Shown here in pieces: positions 1-8,719 of a DNA stretch of 64,000 nucleotides; the first letter of the stretch is position 1; every line of letters begins with the position of its first letter. The stretch comes from an uncultured bacterium. Lineage in GTDB: Bacteria > UBA8481. The notes beneath the pieces are model-generated. The model ran no database searches. It was not told where the DNA came from and saw only the letters and a list, made by a program, of their open reading frames with translations. A program made the position numbers and the translations under genes. The stretch spans positions 1-64,000 of the forward strand of contig CAZCME010000016.1 of assembly GCA_964499705.1 (NCBI GenBank), given 5' to 3'.

Positions 1-63
1 CCTAAATGAGTTCCGGTTGAAAATACCAGTTGAATTGTGCAGGCCGAATCAGGTATAAATAGG

Positions 64-81
64 TATTAAACCGGTTTAATA
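64..81. promoter_or_regulatory. Perfect 18-bp palindrome, putative operator
   Basis: TATTAAACCGGTTTAATA, CG-centred, in the AT-rich region upstream of the pilin cluster. Confidence 0.5.
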
Positions 82-133
82 GTCGAATTACGCGGAGGCG
101 CCCGTGGCTTTCTCGGGGTTGGAATCGTCATGC

Positions 134-610
134 ATGGCTCATGAAATTCGCCTGCGGTCCCAACGGACGCGAGGAGCCACGATCATCGAATTGATCGTGG
201 CGGTCATCATCCTGGGGGTGGGGCTTCTCCCTCTCGTGCTGGCCTTGAACAAGATCTACACGAACACGTATTCGTTGGGAACGCGGGGTGAAGCTCAGTT
301 GCTTGCGGCTGAAAAGATCGACGAATTGAAATCGCTTGGGTATCTGAAAATCGCGACGGATTCCCTGGCGGGCAGCGACAGCGTCGTCTATCAGGACGAT
401 GCCGTGGTCATGAAACCGTTTTCAAGATCCACGGAGATCAGCTACATCAAGTACAACGGCGGCACCAGCTTCGTGGACGCGGATTCAGCCGATGTTCCGA
501 CGGACTATATTCAATTGAAGACGGAGGTCAGGTGGGCGACGGATACCGCGGTCTATTCGCGGAACCTGACCGCATTACTGACGAAGGAGGGCGCGCTTGA
601 GCTTGAATAG
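134..610 (+). CDS. Type IV minor pilin, PilV-like
   Basis: Class III signal peptide RG|ATIIELIVAVIILGVGL with Glu5; start moved to ATG 134. Confidence 0.85.
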   Translation: MAHEIRLRSQRTRGATIIELIVAVIILGVGLLPLVLALNKIYTNTYSLGTRGEAQLLAAEKIDELKSLGYLKIATDSLAGSDSVVYQDDAVVMKPFSRSTEISYIKYNGGTSFVDADSADVPTDYIQLKTEVRWATDTAVYSRNLTALLTKEGALELE

Positions 611-1271
611 CCTGAGAACGAGTTCCGGCTCCGCGTTCTCGCTTGTGGAACTCCTCGTGGTCTCCATGATCGTCGGCCTCGTGCTCCTGGCGCTCGGACG
701 ATTCTTCCAGAATTACCTCACCGGCTACCAGGAGACGCAGGCGCGACTGAGGCTGCAGCGGGACATGCGCGCGCTGACCTATTGGATCCGGAAGGATCTG
801 ACGGCCCTTGTGAAGCGCCAGAATAATTTCGAGCTCAGCAGGGATTCCGGCCACTTCTCGTTCCTGGCAGCCGACGATCCGATGAATTCGACCGACATGT
901 CCGATAATTCATCGGATAACGGGCTCGATTCCGTCACTTACACATGTTCCGCGAACAAGATCACGAGAAAGTGGGATCCCCTGGGAGGCGGTGCGATCAC
1001 GCAGAGCGAGATCACTCTGGAGAGCATCGAGCCGGCTCGGGGCGACACATACGCGATCGAGATCACGCTGTACGATATCCATGATTCGCCTCTGGCCAGG
1101 AGCAACTTCGACGGCACCTTCGGCAATTATGAATGCGACAGTTCCATAAAGACCGTCGACCTGGAAATCATCTTCAGCAAGAAGCCCGTCGGTCCCTTCT
1201 CCCAGCGCCGGCCGCGCATTATGGAGCGCGGCCAGGTGAAGGCTGTGGCGATGTACAAGAGGGCTGGTTGA
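597..1271 (+). CDS. Type IV minor pilin, PilW-like
   Basis: Prepilin motif SA|FSLVELLVVSMIVGLVL; overlaps the upstream gene. Confidence 0.85.
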   Translation: MSLNSLRTSSGSAFSLVELLVVSMIVGLVLLALGRFFQNYLTGYQETQARLRLQRDMRALTYWIRKDLTALVKRQNNFELSRDSGHFSFLAADDPMNSTDMSDNSSDNGLDSVTYTCSANKITRKWDPLGGGAITQSEITLESIEPARGDTYAIEITLYDIHDSPLARSNFDGTFGNYECDSSIKTVDLEIIFSKKPVGPFSQRRPRIMERGQVKAVAMYKRAG

Positions 1272-1273
1272 TC

Positions 1274-1627
1274 ATGAAAAAGCGACCTGATCCGCATCTG
1301 CGAGCGAGAAAAGGGAATGAGGGGCAGGCGCTCATCATCGCCCTCATCCTTCTCATCATCGCCGCGATCCTCGTATTGGGAAATGTCTATTTCTTCCAGC
1401 AGAGCTCGCGCATGCATGTGGCGCATGGCAAGATCGTCCAGGAGCGATATCTCGCCGAAGCCGGGCTCCAGATGACCTTGCAGAGGCTCAATTCGGACAG
1501 GGAGTTCTCGGAGCGGATCCAGAATCTTACGTCCGGCCAGGCGAATCCGTTCGATACCGCGGCTGAGCCTCGCGCGATCGACTGGGGAGGCGGAACGATC
1601 ACGATCACGATCGAACCGTTCGACTGA
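1274..1627 (+). CDS. Short PilX-like pilin (N-terminal part only)
   Basis: EG|QALIIALILLII without Glu5, plus YLAEAGL motif; 117 aa; ATG 1274 lies just after the upstream stop. Confidence 0.8.
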   Translation: MKKRPDPHLRARKGNEGQALIIALILLIIAAILVLGNVYFFQQSSRMHVAHGKIVQERYLAEAGLQMTLQRLNSDREFSERIQNLTSGQANPFDTAAEPRAIDWGGGTITITIEPFD

Positions 1628-4600
1628 TGAGGAAGAGCCTTGTCAGAGCCTGTCTGCTGGCCGTCATCATGCTGCCCGCCGCCGATGCCTTCGCGCCGTA
1701 TTGGATTTCGACATGGATCGGCATCCAGGCGCCGGGATTGGATCCGATGGTCGTTGATGGTGATAAGGGAGACTGGCTGGCGGGTATTCCGGACATCGCC
1801 AATACGGCCGCCCTGATCAGCGACGGAACGGACACCGAATGGGTCTGGCGGGATAAGATCGGGGATGTGCGGAGCGATTTCGATACCGCGGAGAGTTCCA
1901 GAAACTGGGACATCAAGCAGATTCGCATCAAGGCCGACGCGACGAATCTCTATTTTCTCGTTGAAGTGGACGAGATGTCGGCAGGTTACCAGAACGCGTT
2001 CCAGTTCAACGTGGCGATCGATACGGAATTTTCCGCGAATGTCAACGGAGGCACCGCCGGATTCAACTGGTTCGGCGATGACGCGGGCACGACCATGGGA
2101 TCGCCCTTGCAGAAATCCGAAATCAATCTCGCCATGGATAATGATGTAACCTGCAAAATGTGGATGTTTTACGACCAGTCTTATGGTCAACCCTGGAAAC
2201 AGCTCACGTGGGCGAGCGGAAACAAGGTCTGGATCGACGACTCCGATAATCTCATGGAAGCCTGTGTCAAATGGAGCGAACTGGGATTTGCATCCGTTCC
2301 CGCCCGCCTGCGTCTCACGATGGGTGTGGCGCGGAAGCCCTGGGACAATTCCGATCCCAATAACATCGACAAGACAACCGATCTGACCGGCTCCGACATG
2401 CTCGATGTCGTCTCGTTCGGCGCCAGCAGCGCCACGGATGAATGGCAGGACGATCTCAACGATGCCGTGGTGACCGCATACGTGGATCTCGCCTTCGATG
2501 CGACGGGAAAGCCGACAAGCACCCTGATACCCTCCGCGCCGGTCAATTTAAAGGCTTACGATGAGCAATTCGGCGCCTGGTGCACGAGCGGCGAAACGGT
2601 CTACACCAATAATCCCCTGATCGCCTGGGATGCCGTGTCGCCGGGCGTCGACCTGGGCGAATCCGTGATCGGCTATTACGTCCAGATCTGCACGTCGGCT
2701 ACCGTGGGAGGCACCGGCTTCTTCTATTCCGACAGCCGTCAGCAGAATCGCAATCCCACCGGAGGCGGTCCCGACAACCGCGTCGTCTTTACAAATACGA
2801 GCGCCAATGACTACCGCTCTCAACCCTGGTGGGGTAGCTCCGACAGCCTGTCGGGTGTTCCGAATGCGGACACAAGCTATGCGCAGAAAAGGATTTTCCA
2901 TTTTGGTCAGACGTATTACATAAGGGTCTGGGCGCGAACGCGCCGGGGAATTCTCGGCAATCCGTCTTCCACGTTCGTCCTGCCCATCGATTACCCGGTC
3001 TGGCATGACCCTTACGTCTTCATATGGGACAGCGGTACGATGCGCGGCAACCGCGATCCGATGAAGGACGCGGATGTCAACTTCATGGTCGGAGTGTACG
3101 ACACGGCGCCGGGCGATCCTGGAGACCAGTATTATACGAATGCTTCGACGAATCAGCGCTCGTCCAACGAAATATTGAATATCATTCTCCATATCAGAAA
3201 GAAGAATTCCGCCGACGATTGGACAACGAACGTCGGCAAGGTCATCCTCGGCAACGAGTGGAAGGGCAGTACCGGAGATATCGCCTGGTACACGCCGTCC
3301 GTTCCGCATAATACCTATCTGACGCCCGATCCCACAAATGTGGAAACCTTCACGGTCTGGCGAACCGGCGGATCCGTGGATTTTAACAAGAACTGGTGGG
3401 ACGGAGTGGATGAGAATAATTTCGTCAACCTCGGTAACAACGGCGGGGGAAACACATTCAAGCTGCAGGCCAATGTCGGCGATGTCATCGAGTACTTCTT
3501 CGAGATCAATAATCCGAATGAAGCTCCGGGCGGCTTCTATTCCATGAGCGAAGCGCCGCGCCGTTTTCTCCATGCCTACGACACATACGGCATCACCGGG
3601 CACCAGATGGGAACTTACGCCAACGCCAAGGGAAAGCCGTTCCGCTTCGTCGTCCAGCGGCGGGATCTGCCGGCGATCTGGCATAATCCCTTGAGTAACG
3701 AAGTGCCCCTGGATTCAGGATATATGATGCGTAATCCCGCCTGGCCGGACACTTCGCCGCAAGATGTTCGCATGCATGTGGGCGGAGTCGGCTGGGGAGG
3801 GTGGAACTTTCAGATGGTCTGGCGCAATGTGGATGCGGGCGGCGCGTGGAACACCGATAATTTCTTCTTCAACGGACTTCCCATCAGCGTCCAGACGGAT
3901 ACGCCCCGCAAGCTCTATTACTACCGGCATAATTTCAGCTACACCGGAGGCCAGATCGAGTACTACTTCAAGCTGAACGATAACAGCGCCTACATCTTCG
4001 CCAACGGCGTGACGGATAATCAGAATGACGTCTACGATAACTCCATCGGAAACGAAACCCGGGCGGCAGTACCTTTCCGCTTCCCCTATTCCAATCGCGT
4101 GAGGGTCGTATCAACGGCGTCCGTGGGAAAAGACAGCCATACCATAGTCGCGGTTCTGCATCTGCGCTCGCCGCAGCTCGACGCCATCGATGAGAATGCC
4201 ATCGGAGTCAGCGAGATATTGAACATGAGCACATGCAGCGGCGCCGTAACCGGAAATATCTTCTCGAACGCATTTCCTTCCGTGCATTATGCGCGCTCGG
4301 ATACGCATGGAATCGCGGATCCCAGGAAGATCCGGGGCAAGTCCTACCAGGCCATTCTCTCCGGTTCCATCTCCGATGTCCTCGCCACGGTCGTGACAGG
4401 GCTGCAGAAGGCGTTCTTCGGCCCCATCTTCCCCAACGACTACGTCGTGACCGATTCCACGAGGTGGAACACGGGCAGCGATGCCTACGAAAACGTCCCC
4501 ATCCTGACATATGACGAAGTCTTCAAGGATGCCATCGAAAAGACGGAACCGCCCGGCACAACTTTCAACGACGCCAAGCCGATCATCGGTGTCACTCTTG

Positions 4601-4983
4601 TCCGGGGCGACGCCATTGTTTCGTCGTTATCGGCCGTCACCAAGGGAGCGCTCATCTGCACGGGCACGATCACGATTCCCGCCTCGGCCGTCATCAACGC
4701 GACAAGGCTGGATCTCTTCTCTCTCGGAGGACAGTTGAACATCCATGGCCGCCTCGAAATCGAAACGGGCATTCTCTTCTCCAATGACGCCATCACTCTG
4801 GACTCGACCGCCGTCGTGAAGCTGAAGAATCTGGGCAGCGTGGTCTCCCAGTCCCTGACGCTGGATTCCGGTTCGCAGCTCCAGGTCAAGCACCTCCCCG
4901 ACGTGGCCTTCCTGGAGTCCAAGGAATCCGTTCTCTCCCGCGCCACCCGCTGGGTCATCTCCACCCTTCGCGAAACCCGCTAA
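1627..4983 (+). CDS. Large secreted protein: DOMON-like sugar-binding, Ig/FN3-like domains, PilX-like C-terminus
   Basis: Signal peptide ending ADA; VDGDKGDW, DIKQIRIKADATNLYF, VAIDT; two WHxP...IEY(F/Y)F repeats; TGATG overlap with the upstream gene. Confidence 0.75.
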   Translation: MRKSLVRACLLAVIMLPAADAFAPYWISTWIGIQAPGLDPMVVDGDKGDWLAGIPDIANTAALISDGTDTEWVWRDKIGDVRSDFDTAESSRNWDIKQIRIKADATNLYFLVEVDEMSAGYQNAFQFNVAIDTEFSANVNGGTAGFNWFGDDAGTTMGSPLQKSEINLAMDNDVTCKMWMFYDQSYGQPWKQLTWASGNKVWIDDSDNLMEACVKWSELGFASVPARLRLTMGVARKPWDNSDPNNIDKTTDLTGSDMLDVVSFGASSATDEWQDDLNDAVVTAYVDLAFDATGKPTSTLIPSAPVNLKAYDEQFGAWCTSGETVYTNNPLIAWDAVSPGVDLGESVIGYYVQICTSATVGGTGFFYSDSRQQNRNPTGGGPDNRVVFTNTSANDYRSQPWWGSSDSLSGVPNADTSYAQKRIFHFGQTYYIRVWARTRRGILGNPSSTFVLPIDYPVWHDPYVFIWDSGTMRGNRDPMKDADVNFMVGVYDTAPGDPGDQYYTNASTNQRSSNEILNIILHIRKKNSADDWTTNVGKVILGNEWKGSTGDIAWYTPSVPHNTYLTPDPTNVETFTVWRTGGSVDFNKNWWDGVDENNFVNLGNNGGGNTFKLQANVGDVIEYFFEINNPNEAPGGFYSMSEAPRRFLHAYDTYGITGHQMGTYANAKGKPFRFVVQRRDLPAIWHNPLSNEVPLDSGYMMRNPAWPDTSPQDVRMHVGGVGWGGWNFQMVWRNVDAGGAWNTDNFFFNGLPISVQTDTPRKLYYYRHNFSYTGGQIEYYFKLNDNSAYIFANGVTDNQNDVYDNSIGNETRAAVPFRFPYSNRVRVVSTASVGKDSHTIVAVLHLRSPQLDAIDENAIGVSEILNMSTCSGAVTGNIFSNAFPSVHYARSDTHGIADPRKIRGKSYQAILSGSISDVLATVVTGLQKAFFGPIFPNDYVVTDSTRWNTGSDAYENVPILTYDEVFKDAIEKTEPPGTTFNDAKPIIGVTLVRGDAIVSSLSAVTKGALICTGTITIPASAVINATRLDLFSLGGQLNIHGRLEIETGILFSNDAITLDSTAVVKLKNLGSVVSQSLTLDSGSQLQVKHLPDVAFLESKESVLSRATRWVISTLRETR

Positions 4984-5053
4984 TAATACGGGGACAGTAT
5001 ACCATTTTCCGTGAATAAATTCACGGAAAATGGTATACTGTCCCCGTATTATT
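4982..5053. repeat. Perfect 35-bp inverted repeat (REP-like)
   Basis: Arms 4982-5016 and 5019-5053 are exact reverse complements with a 2-nt loop. Confidence 0.9.
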
Positions 5054-5109
5054 CTGTTCCCGCATTATTCCCATGCTATACTGAGATTGTCGGTATCAGG
5101 GGAGAGCAC

Positions 5110-5874
5110 ATGGCTGGGCGAATCGATGCGATCGATATCATTCTTCGGGCTACGGAAATCGTTACACAGGCGCCTGTCGATCCCACCGAGTTTGTCCGGG
5201 CGGATCTGGCCGGGATTGCCGAAGCGGAACAGCCGACGCTGCCGGCTGCTGCCCCGACTTCAACTCTCGCTGCGACGGCTGCGCCTGTGGAAGCCGGTGC
5301 TCTTTCACCCGGGCCGGCTCCTCCGGCAGCCTTGCCGGGCGCCGTGGCGGCTGAATTCGGCATAGGGCGCAATCTCGATGTCACTTCCCGCGGGCCATCG
5401 GTTGTCTCTGCCGCGCAGGACGCGGAAGCACGCGCGCGTGCCCTTGCCGCGGTTGAAGCTCGGGCTCTTCCTGAGCAGGTTCCAGCCATTGTTTCTCCTC
5501 GGGAACCGCCTCTCCCGCCGGTCGTTCCGGCGCCGGTGGAAGAACCGCTCTTAAGCGTTGTCGTTCCCGAATCCGGTCCGGAAGCGCAAGCGGCTCGCTC
5601 CATTCGCCTCTCGTCTCTCGCCGGCCTGGCGATGAACGATCCGCGCGGGCCGGTTCCGATCGGAGCTTCGCTTTCACCTCTGATCGCCCCGATCGTCGTC
5701 GAACCGCTGGGCGCCGTTGCCCCGGCCGCCGCGTGGACATTCGGCACGGGCCGGCGCGAGGAGAGGGCTCCCGGCGCTCTGGAGCGCGGCTTCCCCCCAG
5801 CGGAAGCGGGGCCAACGCCGCCTGCAGGGGCTCCTGCCATTGCGTCCGGTGGAGTCGTCAACGTTCAGGCATAG
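5110..5874 (+). CDS. Pro/Ala-rich hypothetical protein
   Basis: GGGGAGAG SD before ATG 5110; TGcTATACT extended -10 at about 5074-5082. Confidence 0.6.
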   Translation: MAGRIDAIDIILRATEIVTQAPVDPTEFVRADLAGIAEAEQPTLPAAAPTSTLAATAAPVEAGALSPGPAPPAALPGAVAAEFGIGRNLDVTSRGPSVVSAAQDAEARARALAAVEARALPEQVPAIVSPREPPLPPVVPAPVEEPLLSVVVPESGPEAQAARSIRLSSLAGLAMNDPRGPVPIGASLSPLIAPIVVEPLGAVAPAAAWTFGTGRREERAPGALERGFPPAEAGPTPPAGAPAIASGGVVNVQA

Positions 5875-5931
5875 GAGCCCGACCCGGCAATATTCTCTGA
5901 ACTTCCTTCGGAAATGGCCGATATCACTTCT

Positions 5932-6561
5932 ATGGCCGATACGATACCATCCTACATCAAAGACTGGACGCGCGAACTTCTGGGCGCTCGAGGATTCCTC
6001 AAGGCATGGAACGACATCGCTCAGAAGAAGAAGCTGGATCTGATTGTCGAAACGATCGCCGCGGAAAAACGCCCGCTCGATGAGATACATAACGCCTTTC
6101 TGCGCGCGCGAGGCAGCAAGTCCCCTCTGGACGATGTCATCAATCAACTTCAGAAACCGGAGCGATGGGATATCGGAAAAGCCGTTCAGGCGGCGAAACT
6201 CGCATCGAAACATGCCGACACATCCAGGCCGGCGGAAATCCGGTCGAAGCCCGCTGAAACATTCAGCGCGGAGCTTCAGCAGGAGCTATCACGCATTCGA
6301 GCTGAAGCCAATATGTCGCGCATAAGGCTTGTCGACATGGAGCAACTTGTCCGCGCGCTTACGGAGCGCGCTGTTCTCGACGCGACGCGGATCAAGGGAC
6401 TGGAGACCGCCCTGATGGCTCTGGCTGAAAACGCGGGAGTATCCGCGGAAGCCGAACGGGTCTATTTCAAAGCCACGGCGCAATTTCTTGATTCCAGAAT
6501 GCCCCTCCTGTATGAAAGCCGCTCCCGGAATTATTCCTCGATCGCGGGCGAACGAACCTGA
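5932..6561 (+). CDS. Hypothetical helical protein
   Basis: Protein-like ORF; start ATG 5932 (alternative 5914) follows a sigma28-like motif. Confidence 0.65.
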   Translation: MADTIPSYIKDWTRELLGARGFLKAWNDIAQKKKLDLIVETIAAEKRPLDEIHNAFLRARGSKSPLDDVINQLQKPERWDIGKAVQAAKLASKHADTSRPAEIRSKPAETFSAELQQELSRIRAEANMSRIRLVDMEQLVRALTERAVLDATRIKGLETALMALAENAGVSAEAERVYFKATAQFLDSRMPLLYESRSRNYSSIAGERT

Positions 6562-8345
6562 ACCGGTCGGAGCTGATATAGAAATGCATCGGCCGCCGTG
6601 TCGGCCGCGACGATCTCGAGAGGCGCCAGCATCCGGTGAAGTACCGCGAAGTCATTTTCGCATGCGGGACCCGGCACGCGCCGGTGGGAAATCAACCTCT
6701 GCAGGATCGTTCTGTTATAAAGCAGGTGCGTATATCCGCGTTGTTGCAGCGCGGCCATGAGCTGTTCGGGCGAATGAGAGGAATGAGCTAGATCGAGGAC
6801 CCGGCTCGGTTCCCAGAAACCGTCATAATGGTTCCTGCGGTGCAGCGGAAAGAGCTCCGCTTCACCAACGGCGATGATAAACGCGTTCGCCGGCAATTTT
6901 CCGTCCGCCTCCGTCTGTAGACCATAGGTGTTCAACCATGGTTTCATGTATTCGCCGACGGAAATCCGGCCCGCGTGAAGATCCAGAAAGTGGTTTTCGT
7001 TTTCAAGAATGCGGAGCTGCATCATGAGACCGAGCAGCGCGGACGCGGAAAGCACCGCGATCGCGCCCCGTCGACCGGAAGCGGCTCGCGCGGCGCCTGT
7101 CGAGCCGAGGATCGCGAGAAGAGGGAGGAGAAATCTCGCCTGACCTCGTCCCGCCGCCAGCCACAGCAGCCATCCGATGATTCCCACGGTTTGCGCTCTT
7201 CGAAATGCCGAGCCCTTTTCCCGCGTGCCGGGCAGGCAAATGTTTGCGACAAGGAGCATAAGCAGGATTCCGTAGGGACCATCGGTGCCGTCCGCGGTGA
7301 TATGTGAGAAGAAGGATTCCAAGAATCTCCGGACCGCGAAGAGTCCGAACTCCAGCGCCTCACGCGGAGGAAGAAAGATCAGCATCTTCTGGACAGGCGC
7401 GCCTGGATCGAACGGCGAACCCGCAAGGATCACATTGCGGACGAACCAGTAGAGGGGAAAGAGAAAGGCTGATCCGAGCAGCGGCACGATACTTCCCGCG
7501 GGCTTGCGCCAGACCGCGCATCCGAGGATGGGAAGAACGGCGAACGCGGATGTGGGCTTTACGGCAAGCGCTGCCCCCACCATCAATCCGATCCGGACGG
7601 GGTGTCGACTCGTGCAGAGAGCATGATAGCTCCAGGCACAGAGTGAAGCGGCGAGGAGATCGTTCTTCGTCAGAACGGACAAGATGGCCGCCAGCGGCGA
7701 TGTGGCCATCGCCGCCGCCGCCAAAAGGCCGGCTCTCCGACCTGCAATATGGTGGGCGATCGCGTATGCGCCGGTGATGAGAGTCTGAAAGATGACAAAG
7801 ACGAGCAGGTTGGAACTGATGCCGCTTCGGTCCAGTGCCAGAAGCGGGGCCAGCGCCAGCTCGAACTGCTGGTAAAAAAGCGAGTAACCACGAAGATCAT
7901 CCGGAATGATGCTCCCGCGGATGAGATATTGATCCGGGAGCGCGAGATGGTACGCCAGGGCATCCATACCTGAAGGGGGAGCGAGCGCTCCCAGGAACGT
8001 CCATGCCATGGAAAGAGAGATGATACCCGACAGGAGGAGGTCTGCTCTATCGCTCTCCATGAGCAGTCGCCTCAGATGCCGGATCGCTTCACTTCCGTTC
8101 CTGCTCAGGGATTTTGCGCCGATGAACGGGACGATCAGGAGGGGAAGCGCCGCCGCCGGCCTGCTGAGAAACCCCGCTGTGCCGAGCAGGATCGTCCAGC
8201 AGGAGAGGAGAAGCAGTCCGGAGAGAAAGCGCTCCGCGAGGGTCGAAGACGAACGGAAGGTGTGATCCAGCCAGTCACCCAGCACGACAGCCGTGGCGAT
8301 GGCGAGCAGAGCAGTCGCTCCACCCATCCAGAGATCGTTCTGCAT
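6531..8345 (-). CDS. Polytopic GT-C-type membrane glycosyltransferase
   Basis: Many TM segments; PPSGMDALAYHL, KNDL, GAALAVK, YWFVRN...GSP and QARFLLP motifs. Confidence 0.75.
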   Translation of the reverse strand: MQNDLWMGGATALLAIATAVVLGDWLDHTFRSSSTLAERFLSGLLLLSCWTILLGTAGFLSRPAAALPLLIVPFIGAKSLSRNGSEAIRHLRRLLMESDRADLLLSGIISLSMAWTFLGALAPPSGMDALAYHLALPDQYLIRGSIIPDDLRGYSLFYQQFELALAPLLALDRSGISSNLLVFVIFQTLITGAYAIAHHIAGRRAGLLAAAAMATSPLAAILSVLTKNDLLAASLCAWSYHALCTSRHPVRIGLMVGAALAVKPTSAFAVLPILGCAVWRKPAGSIVPLLGSAFLFPLYWFVRNVILAGSPFDPGAPVQKMLIFLPPREALEFGLFAVRRFLESFFSHITADGTDGPYGILLMLLVANICLPGTREKGSAFRRAQTVGIIGWLLWLAAGRGQARFLLPLLAILGSTGAARAASGRRGAIAVLSASALLGLMMQLRILENENHFLDLHAGRISVGEYMKPWLNTYGLQTEADGKLPANAFIIAVGEAELFPLHRRNHYDGFWEPSRVLDLAHSSHSPEQLMAALQQRGYTHLLYNRTILQRLISHRRVPGPACENDFAVLHRMLAPLEIVAADTAADAFLYQLRPVQVRSPAIEE

Positions 8346-8405
8346 GAAGGAGGTATATGCTATCAGGCCGGACTTAACAAGTTATCTTGCTCTCAGGACG
8401 GCCGG

Positions 8406-8591
8406 TTATTGAGTCGTCACCAGTTTCTGCAATTTATCCATCAGCTCGCTGGAAATGGTTTCCTCCTTGCGGAGAATGTCCTTGTAATCGTTGCTCCGCG
8501 CATGGCGGATCCCCACTCGCGTTTCACCGATGTGCCTGTGCAGAAGAGTTTCCAGGAGTTCCTTTTCCGTCTCGTCGATCGCCAGGTTCAT
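8406..8591 (-). CDS. Small hypothetical protein
   Basis: GGGAGG SD; 61-aa helical sequence. Confidence 0.6.
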   Translation of the reverse strand: MNLAIDETEKELLETLLHRHIGETRVGIRHARSNDYKDILRKEETISSELMDKLQKLVTTQ

Positions 8592-8719
8592 GTCGCACCT
8601 CCCCTTAATCGCCTGTACCTATTTCTATGCCTTCGCGCCCGCTTTCTCAAGGGGCAACTGTCACAGGTATCACGCTCCTCTTTTGATCCCAGCCGTTCCC
8701 GATGTATGATCGCATCTCC

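Noticed and set aside
1627-4983. Calling the large protein PilY1 or an amylase
   Set aside because: No PilY1 propeller/vWA motifs or GH13 catalytic motifs recognised
8659-8674. CRP-like site (minus strand CGTGA-N6-TGACA)
   Set aside because: Two mismatches to consensus and no independent support
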